From a virus, in the IMG/VR virus record IMGVR_UViG_3300001200_000009: DNA of 64,000 bases; one strand, written 5' to 3'. The notes below the pieces were generated by a model. The model was not told the origin of the DNA, did not search any database, and saw only the letters and a list, made by a program, of their open reading frames with translations. The stretch's first letter is position 1. Every line of letters begins with the position of its first letter. The position numbers and the translations under genes were made by a program. Below are positions 18,742-28,500 of the stretch, piece after piece.

Positions 18742-20781
18742 TTAAGTACCTAATGCTATACCGCGGAAGTCTCTAACTCGAGGAACGGTTGAGTTGTTTT
18801 GCGATAGGAATACAATTTTGAATTGGAAGATGTCAAACGCTTCTAGTCCGTCAATTGTGTACTCATATTCTCTAAATACATTAGGGTCATCATCTGGCTG
18901 GATAATTTGATCGATGTCAGCCTTACTCCAGTCTAACTGTGAGATAACTGATGAAGAACCTGACGAGACAGTTCGATAGTATAATTCAACTTCAGAGAAC
19001 GGCGGACGGTTAACTCCCATTAGAACCTTTACACCCTCCGCTGGCTGTTCAAGAGTTACCGGCTCGAATAAATGCTTGCCAAGAGCTGACCCATCTTTTG
19101 AATCAGTTTCTGCGACAAAGTCATGCGGTACGTTGAAACCAAAGGTTTCAGTCGAAGCTGGATTATCCACACGATTTGCAATAAGATTCATCGACAATCT
19201 TGACAAATCAACGATAGGTGAAACATAATCCGAAGTCGTGGTAAAATCTACTCTTGTTGATAGACCCTTACTGCCATTTTCGTTTAGAGCAGATGCTACA
19301 ACCCTTGGTGAGCGAGTAAAGATATTATCATTGATGTCTACAGGCGCAAATCCTTGAGATGGCACATATGGAAGTTCTGAGCCAGCGTGCGATCGACCAG
19401 ACATCGTTTTAATGTTCCATCTAAGACCTGTTTGACTTAATACCAATTGGTTAGCATTAAGAAATCCTGTGTCCCATAAAATATTAGGACGATATACTAG
19501 ATTTGGTAAGGAAACTAATCCACCTAATGTTGATGTTCCAGCCGCTAATACGATTTCAAACGAGTCAGCCGACGAAACTTTATCAACAACATGTGTCGTG
19601 TTCCATTCAGCCGCAGTAATACCGAAAACAGTTTGTCCACGATCAAATTGCGTTGTAGAACCAGCGAATAATCCATGGTTTACTGCATGAACCCTAACGC
19701 GTGGGTTTGCACCAATCTCTAGAATTTCTATTTGAGCGCCCTTGCGATAAGGAACAGCAAGGTTTTCCATGAAAGCCGAACCGCTTGTTTGGAACTTTGC
19801 TCTATTGATTCTGAACATCATGTCTCTAGACTGGTCTGGAGTCCATGTAGAACCATTTTGAGATTTAAAGAACGATCCCATCGCTGGCTGTTTTGTAATA
19901 CGTCGACTAGTAGAACCAACAACATACTCGGTCGTCACAGCAGTCCAAATATTATAGTCATCAGATTCGGCAAGTACTACTACACAGTACTCAATAAATC
20001 CTTCTAGATATACCGGAGCTCGGAATGTACCTTTAGTCGCTGTTGCTGGATTGTTAACAGAAGGAGACTCAGATACGTTCACATCCGAAGATGGAATAAA
20101 CACTGCAGCGCCAGGAACAGGCGCATTTGTAGGGCTACCATTAATCATTGGTCTAATTTCAATCTGAAGAGGCACGGTCGCCGACTTTGACTGCATGTAC
20201 ACTTCAACCGAGGTAATGAATGCGCCTTCATTTTTCTCGATGATAAATGACTGAGCAACCGGGTCTCTTCGTCTAACAATAGGCGGAGGCGGAGGCGGTA
20301 ACGGTAAGATTGTGGTAATTGTAGTTTCTTGAGTCTCTAATGTTCCTTGTGCAGTAAAAGCAGCAAAGGCTTTAGAAAGCGCGGTAGCATCATTAAGAGA
20401 ATTCCAATCTAATACCTTGAATTCTCTACGGCCAGCACGAAATCTCAGAGTTGAGTTATTTGGGATAAACAAAGACCCTTCGATAACTCCATTGTTATCA
20501 GAAATAAGAGGAGTAGCTCCTTCTGGGTGAGAAGTCTCGTCTTGGGTTAGGTCATCATCAGAATCTACTTCCGAGATAAATTGAAATGGTTCTTCGCGAA
20601 CCCAATCGGATACGTCAACGCCGTCAAAGAAAGGACGGTGTCTCATGTTAGGTAATAGACCTTCCATGCGGAAATAAACCAACTGAGACCGAATGAATGG
20701 AAGCAAAACGCTATCCACTGTTCTAGTTTCAGTAGTTCTTCTAATACCTCCAGGGAGGTTAACTGATGTTGGTCTTAACAT
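18742..20781 (-). CDS. Virion structural protein, C-terminal half of a DUF4815/VrlC-like protein
   Basis: LPFIRSQ, RRDPVAQSF, GSFFKSQNGSTW, SPIVDLSR and FREYEY..VPRVRDFRGIAL motifs. Confidence 0.8.
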   Translation of the reverse strand: MLRPTSVNLPGGIRRTTETRTVDSVLLPFIRSQLVYFRMEGLLPNMRHRPFFDGVDVSDWVREEPFQFISEVDSDDDLTQDETSHPEGATPLISDNNGVIEGSLFIPNNSTLRFRAGRREFKVLDWNSLNDATALSKAFAAFTAQGTLETQETTITTILPLPPPPPPIVRRRDPVAQSFIIEKNEGAFITSVEVYMQSKSATVPLQIEIRPMINGSPTNAPVPGAAVFIPSSDVNVSESPSVNNPATATKGTFRAPVYLEGFIEYCVVVLAESDDYNIWTAVTTEYVVGSTSRRITKQPAMGSFFKSQNGSTWTPDQSRDMMFRINRAKFQTSGSAFMENLAVPYRKGAQIEILEIGANPRVRVHAVNHGLFAGSTTQFDRGQTVFGITAAEWNTTHVVDKVSSADSFEIVLAAGTSTLGGLVSLPNLVYRPNILWDTGFLNANQLVLSQTGLRWNIKTMSGRSHAGSELPYVPSQGFAPVDINDNIFTRSPRVVASALNENGSKGLSTRVDFTTTSDYVSPIVDLSRLSMNLIANRVDNPASTETFGFNVPHDFVAETDSKDGSALGKHLFEPVTLEQPAEGVKVLMGVNRPPFSEVELYYRTVSSGSSSVISQLDWSKADIDQIIQPDDDPNVFREYEYTIDGLEAFDIFQFKIVFLSQNNSTVPRVRDFRGIALGT

Positions 20782-20788
20782 TTATTGC

Positions 20789-23767
20789 CTAAAATATTTG
20801 AATGTTGCGAATGTCTTCTCGGAAATTGCCGCCAAAGGCACCACCTGTAGCTCCACCACCAAGCTGGAAACTTCCATCTAGGACAGGTGTCGTAGGTCTA
20901 CCGGCCCAGTTCCATGCCCAGTTACCCCAGTTACCGAATTGAATTGGGTTAACGCGCGTCGTGCCTTGAATTGTGGTTGTTACTGTTTGTGTTTCCACGT
21001 CTCTCCATTCATCTGTTTCTGGAGATATAGTGATACCACCGATACCCGTAATAACCGAATAAGGATTCACGTTAATCGATGATGACGCAAGTTCTTGTTG
21101 AATTTCTAGCTCTTCGGTATAATCAAGCATTAGCATATCACCGACTTGGGCCATATTAGAGCTTGTGCCATCGTTTGTCGCCGCCTTATACACCAATCGG
21201 ATGTTTTTCTCATCGAATGTAGGTCTAACTTCTCCAGCCACAGGGTCAATCGAAGAACGATACTCTGGAGATGTAAAGTCAGCAAATGCATGGTCATTAA
21301 AATTGTCAACAAAGAATCCAGACTTGAATCGATTGTTGCCGTTGTCGTCTAATACTTCGAACGCCGCAGTAGACGTCTCAAGAGCAGATAGTGTAGCAAA
21401 TTCTTCTAGTCTATCGACACGATTTTCGATTTTACCGATATCTCTCATCGTATAGCGTTTGTTCTCCACGAAAGAAAGGAAAATGTCTTGCTCATCTAGA
21501 GTACCAGCGTTCATAAAGATTTGGTAAATTGCCATTGCATTATCAGGATGAGGCGGAATAGTAGCATCTAAAGATGGATTACCTTCTGATATTCCAAATG
21601 TACCTTCTTCGTCCAAATAAAGAACGTCAACCCGAGGTAAGAAGTATGTTACATCGCCTTGAATAGACTCGTTCTGTTGAGGTAGCTCATTAACAAATGC
21701 TCCACTACCAGAAAATGACCCAGAGCTATTCTTACGAGGTCTAAAGTCGAAATATTCAGAAAGACTTTCAAATCTTCCATCCGCAAATCTGTGAACCGGA
21801 ATATCTTTATAGGTGTATTCTGGTAGGTCAACTAAAGAGTTGTATGAGTCAACCGAGAAATAGTCTCCAGTACCATGCGAGAAATATGAAAAATTCACAG
21901 TAACAGAACCACCAGGAACTGGGCTTCGGCCCGACTTAAGGATTAATTTACCTTCGTCATAATAGTTATCGCGTTGTCCATTGTCCAATCTATAATTATC
22001 AGTGATATCGTTACCACCACCATCAAGTACTTCATCTACCTTATAGATATCGAATTCGCCTAACTCAACAACACCGCCAACTTCTGATTTTATATCAGAC
22101 ACTTCATTAAGAGTTTTAGCTCTAGCAGTAGACGTTGCGGTAGTTTTATCAAGAATTGCAGCAATACGATATGTTTCCGAAGCATTTAGACCACTCAATG
22201 TAATAGTCTGCGCTCCAGTCCCTGTAGATGACGGTGTCACGACTGTACCATCATTTTGAGTGATTATCCATGAGTTATAGCTAGCCCATGTCTGTGTTGG
22301 AGCATTGGTATCAAGCGTAATTTCTCCAGAACCGTTTGAAGCCATAGAAATATATCTCTGAACTCTAACAGTAATATCCTGGATAGATTTAATACGTGAG
22401 TTGGGAACTCTAAACAATAGGCTATTCTGACGAGTGTCTTCAAGAATTGCATCGTTACTCGTTGGCGCGTTTGAAGCATTAATCAATGTTGCGCTAAAAT
22501 TAGTACCGTCGATCGTCTCTACCTGATTAAAGGCTCCACTAGTCATCTCAACTTCGAAGAGGTATAGTCTAAATCTGTCAGCAGCTTCGGCTTCGATATA
22601 TCGAATTCTAGCAGTACCGATTGTTACTCCACCATCTTTTAAGTTATATTGAGGGAATGTAGAAAGGTTAGGCACTCCAGACAAAGTGTTTACACGAATG
22701 TAGTTACCAAAGTATGTTGATGTCCGTCCGTTATTTTGAAGGTCAGTATCAAGAGCTCTACGAGTTTCAACTCTTGTTGCTAATGGCTTATCAATTTCAT
22801 AACCTCGAACATAGGCCTTACCAGTATCGACCACAAGGTCCAAAAGAGTTTCATCTGTTGGATGCTCTTGGGCGCGTACAATAAAAGGTTCAACCGTGTA
22901 ATTACCAGACTCGTCGAAAGTTCTTCGAGCAAGCTCTTGGCCAAGTAGGGCGTACTGCGAACGGGTAAGCTGTTCTACAATTTCTTGGTCTTTGATGGTA
23001 ACAATAGTGAAATACTCTTTAACAAGTAGACCATCTCCATCGACGGCCGCGTCTTTCTTAATAAGCGACAGAGTATTTTTTAAGCGATCAGCTCCAGGCG
23101 CGTTCTTGTTATTAGTACCATTAGCATTATCTAATAGAGATGGGTCATCATTTGAAGTAACCAACTCTTGGTCAAATATAAGACCAATTTCTTGAACGCC
23201 CGAAGGAATTCCATATTTCTCTATTAGGAGAGATTGAGAAACCGCGGCCACAAAGAAACCATTAACGAAATAGATACCTTTGTCCAAATCTACTTTAGTT
23301 CCAACTCCAGTACCTGAAGAAGTGTAAGACCCTGAGCCAGTTTCAGGGTTAGTCCATGTAACCGTCTCGCCTGTTTGGAAACGTCCACCATCTGAACCTC
23401 CACCACCTGTGTAACGAAGGTATAGAGTAACCGGATCGCCATTTTCGGCTGGAATAGCTTGAATGACCTCGGCAATCATGTTAGAAGTGTTACCGACTAG
23501 TGTAGCGCCAGAAATAACCCCACCTAATTCAGCGTCAGTGATCGTTAAGTATTCGTAATTGGTATCTACAGACACACCGCCCGGAACAACAACCGATCCG
23601 TCAAGAAAGATATTCTGTCCAAATCTAGTGATTTGGTTTTGAAGGATAGTTTGAAGTTGTGTTAGCTCTCGAGCTTGAACCGCCCTACCAGGTCGATAAA
23701 GAAGCCGAGCAAAGCCTTTATCTTCATCGTAATCGTCGTAATAAGGAGCTAGTGATGTGTCAACCAT
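20789..23767 (-). CDS. Virion structural protein, N-terminal half of a DUF4815/VrlC-like protein
   Basis: APYYDDY...PGRAVQARELTQLQ, APGADR, LARRTFDESGNY, RYTMRDIGKIE and RFKSGFFVDNF motifs. Confidence 0.85.
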   Translation of the reverse strand: MVDTSLAPYYDDYDEDKGFARLLYRPGRAVQARELTQLQTILQNQITRFGQNIFLDGSVVVPGGVSVDTNYEYLTITDAELGGVISGATLVGNTSNMIAEVIQAIPAENGDPVTLYLRYTGGGGSDGGRFQTGETVTWTNPETGSGSYTSSGTGVGTKVDLDKGIYFVNGFFVAAVSQSLLIEKYGIPSGVQEIGLIFDQELVTSNDDPSLLDNANGTNNKNAPGADRLKNTLSLIKKDAAVDGDGLLVKEYFTIVTIKDQEIVEQLTRSQYALLGQELARRTFDESGNYTVEPFIVRAQEHPTDETLLDLVVDTGKAYVRGYEIDKPLATRVETRRALDTDLQNNGRTSTYFGNYIRVNTLSGVPNLSTFPQYNLKDGGVTIGTARIRYIEAEAADRFRLYLFEVEMTSGAFNQVETIDGTNFSATLINASNAPTSNDAILEDTRQNSLLFRVPNSRIKSIQDITVRVQRYISMASNGSGEITLDTNAPTQTWASYNSWIITQNDGTVVTPSSTGTGAQTITLSGLNASETYRIAAILDKTTATSTARAKTLNEVSDIKSEVGGVVELGEFDIYKVDEVLDGGGNDITDNYRLDNGQRDNYYDEGKLILKSGRSPVPGGSVTVNFSYFSHGTGDYFSVDSYNSLVDLPEYTYKDIPVHRFADGRFESLSEYFDFRPRKNSSGSFSGSGAFVNELPQQNESIQGDVTYFLPRVDVLYLDEEGTFGISEGNPSLDATIPPHPDNAMAIYQIFMNAGTLDEQDIFLSFVENKRYTMRDIGKIENRVDRLEEFATLSALETSTAAFEVLDDNGNNRFKSGFFVDNFNDHAFADFTSPEYRSSIDPVAGEVRPTFDEKNIRLVYKAATNDGTSSNMAQVGDMLMLDYTEELEIQQELASSSINVNPYSVITGIGGITISPETDEWRDVETQTVTTTIQGTTRVNPIQFGNWGNWAWNWAGRPTTPVLDGSFQLGGGATGGAFGGNFREDIRNIQIF

Positions 23768-23976
23768 TATTCTATATTCCAATCAACAATTTGTTTGGCC
23801 TGTTTAAGCGACGAGCCGGTGTCAACACCATTACCTAAATCGTCATAAACATTCCAATTGCCAGTATCTTCGGTTTTTTGGATAATCCACCCTCTATAGA
23901 TGTATCTACCGTATTCCCCGCCTCTTTTAAGTTTGTGCTCACGAAGAATTTGTTCTGCAGCTTCAGATAAATTCAT
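23767..23976 (-). CDS. Hypothetical protein, 69 aa
   Basis: TAATG-coupled on both sides; N-terminus MNLSEAAEQILREH. Confidence 0.6.
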   Translation of the reverse strand: MNLSEAAEQILREHKLKRGGEYGRYIYRGWIIQKTEDTGNWNVYDDLGNGVDTGSSLKQAKQIVDWNIE

Positions 23977-24779
23977 TATATTTTACTCTTACAATTATCC
24001 ATATGATATTTATACATGGCTGGGCCAGAACCTTTCTTAGAACAGTAAGGACATATCACCTTTTTGAAATTCTTTTTCTTACCTTTTTGACATCCAACAT
24101 ATACCCCAGGGACTTTCTTTTTACCCTTCATAGCTACTGAAATTTTAGCTTTAGACTCTTCACTATGAGAACTATTGATATTAGCTTTAGCTTCTTTTAT
24201 AGCTTTACAATGAGCTTTAGATTTTGTTTTACCACTAAGGGCCTTTGAAATTTTTTGACCTATTTCTTCTGTTTTTCTTTCAGTTCTATTTTTGTGTACC
24301 GCCCTTAGAGATTTTGCCCTATCTTCAATTTGTTTTGAGGTTTTGTTTTTGTTGTATCGCCTTAATCCTTCGGAATGCTTGGTTTTCCATTCTTCCGATC
24401 TGTTCCTTTTTAGGTAGACAGAATTATCTCTCTGAGCGGCATGCAACTTCATTTTAGCTATAGACTTTGGGGTGTGTTTACCCGTAAAGCCTAATATATT
24501 TCCATTTGGGCCTCCCGGAACTAAATTATAATTGTTTTTTTCTAAGCAAAATTCTTTAGTTACAATTTCAGCTTCTTTATCATATGCCTCTTGTAAAGTG
24601 TCAAACTTGTAGAGAATTTTTTTAGAGAAATTACCTTTTCCATACTTCTTTATAGCTTTAGAAATAGCATTTCCGGACCCCATATAACTGTCTTCAGGAT
24701 TCTTGGTTTTATGAACTCCTATATAAATTTTGCCGTTTATAGTATTTGTTGTTTCATAGACTGTATAATATGTTTTCAT
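23976..24779 (-). mobile_element. GIY-YIG homing endonuclease HEG2 (co-oriented; NUMOD3 repeats plus zinc finger)
   Basis: YTVYETTNTINGKIYIGVH, YMGSG and CPYCSK..YHMDNCK motifs; TATAAATA at 24785-24792, 5 nt before ATG. Confidence 0.9.
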
Positions 24780-24797
24780 ACAGTTATTTATATAAAA

Positions 24798-26375
24798 TCA
24801 GACCTGAATTACGAGTTTGATGTCTTCTGTTTGGTCTGGAGCTCTTGAAACCGCGACACGATTTTCAAGATAAAGGACTGTACCTGAGTATTTATCGAAT
24901 TCGCCAGGAGTATTTGAAGTAGCAATTGTGCCAGCCGAAACGCCTGTTCCAGTTAAAGCCTCCCCATCAGAGAAATCTACAAATCCAGTGTCATCATTTT
25001 GATGATAATAAAGAGTTTCGGTATTTGCGTCATAGTAGTCTATGATAGCCTTCGCGCCTGATGAAGCACCAGTGATTACATCATCAAGAACCCATGTTCC
25101 AGATGGCTGAACTGTATGAGACTCAAGAGCAATACCGGTAGTTTCTGTGAATCCTGAAGCAGGAGAACCCTTAAGCGGATTCTTAATAATTGTTAACTGA
25201 CGATAGTTGTTTGCTGGAATAAAGTCACCATTGAATCCATCAACCGGATTTTCATCACCCTCTAGAACGATATTGAACATTAAGAAATAAGCGTTAAGTT
25301 CTAGAAGAGGATTATAGCCAAATCCACCTTTAGCTGTTGTATATTGAACATTGAGTTCAGCTTCGGTACCAGCAGTAGAAAATGTCGGAATAGCCTTCGC
25401 TTCAGTATAGCCATATCCTGGAGTATCGATTACTACAGAATTCTGAATCGATCCACCAACAACCGTTGCTGTAGCTGTAGCTCCAGTACCATCACCATTA
25501 ATATCTAAAGCCAATGAACCATTCGTGTATGACGACCCACCTGAGACTACCTCTACTCCTTCAATTTCTCTTCCTAGAGACGTAGGAGATACAACTGCAT
25601 TAGCAATAGCTGGGGTTGTGGGCGACCCACCTGAGATAGCAACCTTCGCGTAAGTATATCCTGAACCGTAGTTGGTTATCGCAATATTAGTTATTACGCC
25701 ACCAGAAATAGTAGCAGTAGCAGCCGCTCCTGTTCCGTTACCAGTGATCGAAATAGTTGGTGTAGAACCATATCCTGCGCCTTGTTCAGTTAAAACAACA
25801 TCAAAGATTTGTCCAGCTGTCGCATTGGCAGCCACGAATTCGTTTCTGAAAACTGGCATAAAGTCATTTGTTAGATATTTTTGAGCGTCAACAGCCGAAA
25901 TAGTGTATAGATATTTCCAAATGTAACCATCAGCTCCTAGAACGGGTTGTGCAATACCTTGGTCGGTTTGAACACCAGTTCCGTTATCGTCAACTCCAAG
26001 CGGCTCAACAGTCGAAGAACCAGCACCAGCCTTTAGACAGATGTAAACATTAAAGTTGTTTTGGTTAATGACATAATACTGTTTGGTATGAAGGTCTGCG
26101 TCTGCGTCGTCATAAGCTACAAAAGTTTCACCAGCTTTCCAGTTATATCTTGGAGCACAAGGCGTAACGTCAACAATTCTCTTAATCGATTGAAGTCCAT
26201 GACGAACTCTTAGAGAATCTTGTGGTGCAACAGTAGGTTGTGGTGGTTGAAGGTCATTCTCCCATGGCTCAGAACGGCCAATGCCAAGGTAATATAGGTC
26301 TTGGCCCAATGTTACTCGGTTGAAGATGCCTGATAGGTTATCGAATCTAAACCGATCGGTAATAATTGCTGTCAA
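24798..26375 (-). CDS. gp8: Baseplate wedge subunit (TTG start)
   Basis: TAIITDRFR, YLGIGRSEPW, DGYIWKYLYTI and QTEDIKLVI motifs. Confidence 0.9.
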   Translation of the reverse strand: MTAIITDRFRFDNLSGIFNRVTLGQDLYYLGIGRSEPWENDLQPPQPTVAPQDSLRVRHGLQSIKRIVDVTPCAPRYNWKAGETFVAYDDADADLHTKQYYVINQNNFNVYICLKAGAGSSTVEPLGVDDNGTGVQTDQGIAQPVLGADGYIWKYLYTISAVDAQKYLTNDFMPVFRNEFVAANATAGQIFDVVLTEQGAGYGSTPTISITGNGTGAAATATISGGVITNIAITNYGSGYTYAKVAISGGSPTTPAIANAVVSPTSLGREIEGVEVVSGGSSYTNGSLALDINGDGTGATATATVVGGSIQNSVVIDTPGYGYTEAKAIPTFSTAGTEAELNVQYTTAKGGFGYNPLLELNAYFLMFNIVLEGDENPVDGFNGDFIPANNYRQLTIIKNPLKGSPASGFTETTGIALESHTVQPSGTWVLDDVITGASSGAKAIIDYYDANTETLYYHQNDDTGFVDFSDGEALTGTGVSAGTIATSNTPGEFDKYSGTVLYLENRVAVSRAPDQTEDIKLVIQV

Positions 26376-26411
26376 AATTTTATCCTTATAAATATATTGA
26401 GGAGTTCATCT

Positions 26412-27020
26412 ATGTTTATTTATACGGTCTATAAGACAACAAATTTAGTAAACGGCAAAATTTATGTCGGGGTTCACAAAACTAAGAACCCTAATGACTC
26501 GTATTTAGGGTCTGGCAATCAAATCAAACGAGCAATTGAAAAATATGGCGCAGATTCATTCTCTAAAGAAATACTGTTTGAATATGCCGATAAAGATTTA
26601 GCGTATGCTAAAGAGGCTGAAATTGTAAACGAAGAATTTTTATTAAGAGATGACGTGTATAACCTTTGTCATGGTGGTAAAGCATTTAAAGGGATGTTAG
26701 GTAAGACTCATACTGAGGAACACAAACAATATCTCAGAGAATTGTCTACCGGTAAATTACATACCCAAGATGCCAAAGACAAAATGCGACAAAATGCTTC
26801 TAAACATTGGGAAGGTAAGAAATTTACTGAATCCCATAAAAGCAAAATGGCCAAGGCAAAACAAAAACGAGTTGAAATAGACGGAATTGAATTTGACTCA
26901 ATGACTGCTGCTGCCAAGCATTTTAATAGAGGCGGAGCTGCTATCCGATTCTGGATTAAGAAGGGTAGAGGAAAGTTTATCTTGGAAGAAGTAGATTTTC
27001 CCATCCTTTTCCATCTTTAG
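26412..27020 (+). mobile_element. GIY-YIG homing endonuclease HEG3 (NUMOD3 plus NUMOD1/HTH)
   Basis: MFIYTVYKTTNLVNGKIYVGVH; IDGIEFDSMTAAAKHF; GAGGAG SD; own promoter TATAAATA at 26387-26394. Confidence 0.9.
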
Positions 27021-27387
27021 ACTGAATTTTGTGCCACTTATAACCAAGCTTTCCATATGGCTCGATTCTCTCGTGGTTATTGTCAAGAACGTATGAACCG
27101 CCTTCGGTGTCAACCACCAGGACAGCGTGATATTCTTTATTTTCGGCCCAACAGGTAGCGAGTCTAAAGTCGTTTCTGTTGTCAGGAAATGCTTCGATTA
27201 GAAGAGCTCGTTTGGTTACTGCATAATCGTCGCAGTCTCCATACCCTTTGCCTCTTATAATTTCCCAATATTCAGGAATGTCAAGATTAGGATAACTCTC
27301 CTTGTCAGTCCTGTATTTTATATTCTTATTGACCTTCCTCTGGATTTTCTGAACTATCTTTCGATTTTCCGGTGTCCACTGTAACAT
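26977..27387 (-). CDS. Transglutaminase-like cysteine protease (BTLCP/LapG family), catalytic half
   Basis: VNKNIKYRTD..EYW...GDCDDYAVTKR...HAVLVV...VLDN gives an intact Cys-His-Asp triad. Confidence 0.85.
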   Translation of the reverse strand: MLQWTPENRKIVQKIQRKVNKNIKYRTDKESYPNLDIPEYWEIIRGKGYGDCDDYAVTKRALLIEAFPDNRNDFRLATCWAENKEYHAVLVVDTEGGSYVLDNNHERIEPYGKLGYKWHKIQSKDGKGWENLLLPR

Positions 27388-27553
27388 TTATAGCTGGTTC
27401 CCTGTCTGTTGAACATTGATCGGGTTCTCGCTTACAAAATTCCGTGTAGCCATAGGGTGCGCTCGTAGGAGCGCCAGAGGGAAAGTGTGGGTTTTGAGTT
27501 GAAGAACATGCTGCCAGAATAATGCATAAACTACTTACTATGAATCTTTTCAT
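27326..27553 (-). CDS. Lipoprotein corresponding to the BTLCP N-terminal segment
   Basis: Lipobox LAAC; PYGYTEFCKREPDQC matches the N-terminal P.G...FC.R.P..C motif of BTLCPs. Confidence 0.75.
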   Translation of the reverse strand: MKRFIVSSLCIILAACSSTQNPHFPSGAPTSAPYGYTEFCKREPDQCSTDREPAINVTVDTGKSKDSSENPEEGQ

Positions 27554-28500
27554 GTGATAATAATCCTTGCGCTTCTAGCTCTTGTGAAAGGAATTTCCTT
27601 TGCGTTATATTTATCAAAATCCTCAATTTTGAGGTGCTCGATAGAATAAATTGGATATACTGAAGACACCATATTTTTGCTGCCTTGGTCTAAATTACGT
27701 GCCGGTTCGGCGATGCATACGTCCCAGAACTTACGAATAATTTGACAGAATCCTTGCATTCTAAGCGCAGCAGGAGAAGCAACTTGTTCGTTGACTGCGA
27801 AGAATATAGCCGCTCCAAGAATAAGTAAATTAGTATCGCGTTCTTGGAATCCAGGTACGCATGTAGGAGACTTAGTGTTGTATTCAAATTGAGCTAGCTC
27901 GGTAAGCCTAACTTCTCCAAACAAATTCCATCCAGCGGGATGAGCAAGTTGTGTAAAGAGCGGTCCCCAGTCAGAGATCGATACGTCTGAGCGGACAAGA
28001 TAAGAGAAAATCTGGTAAAAGTTCGAGTCTTGAATGACCATAGTAGTCTCTGATAATCGGCCGCGGCTGTCTGTCCACCTTTGTCCTGCCTCGTCCCACT
28101 GTCCATCCGAGACTCTAAGCATATTATCCTTTGGATAGACCACCTCAGCTTCAGCATTTAGGAACAACTTAAAATATGCTTCCATGGCTCGCTGTGAACC
28201 CTTCGATTTAAACCAATACTCGAAAACCTTAAGGGCTGTAGAATCATCTAAGGCAGTATTGTTAGGAAACGACGGCGCGTATTCTTTCTTTAGCAACTCA
28301 AGAAAAGTATTTGAACCAACATCTACGTTTCGAATATCTCTTAGTTGAGCCAGAATCCCATCAATTCCATCTGATGAATCAATAAATTTGTAGTACACGT
28401 CCAAAAATTTGACAAAATCCGGGTACTCCTTAACGAAATGAGACGGCAAAACAGTCTCAATCGATGGTCTACGAAAATTGGATGGTGTAATAGCTCTCAT
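27550..28500 (-). CDS. gp7: Baseplate wedge initiator (short gp7-like)
   Basis: FVKFLDVYY, KSKGS, YPKDNMLRVSDG and IQDSNFYQIFSY..HPAG..LFGE motifs. Confidence 0.8.
   Translation of the reverse strand: MRAITPSNFRRPSIETVLPSHFVKEYPDFVKFLDVYYKFIDSSDGIDGILAQLRDIRNVDVGSNTFLELLKKEYAPSFPNNTALDDSTALKVFEYWFKSKGSQRAMEAYFKLFLNAEAEVVYPKDNMLRVSDGQWDEAGQRWTDSRGRLSETTMVIQDSNFYQIFSYLVRSDVSISDWGPLFTQLAHPAGWNLFGEVRLTELAQFEYNTKSPTCVPGFQERDTNLLILGAAIFFAVNEQVASPAALRMQGFCQIIRKFWDVCIAEPARNLDQGSKNMVSSVYPIYSIEHLKIEDFDKYNAKEIPFTRARSARIIIT

Noticed and set aside
20789-20791. TAG recoding or readthrough (alternative genetic code)
   Set aside because: Readthrough would not reach the frame of the downstream half, and core genes such as gp23, gp21 and gp14 end normally at TAG.
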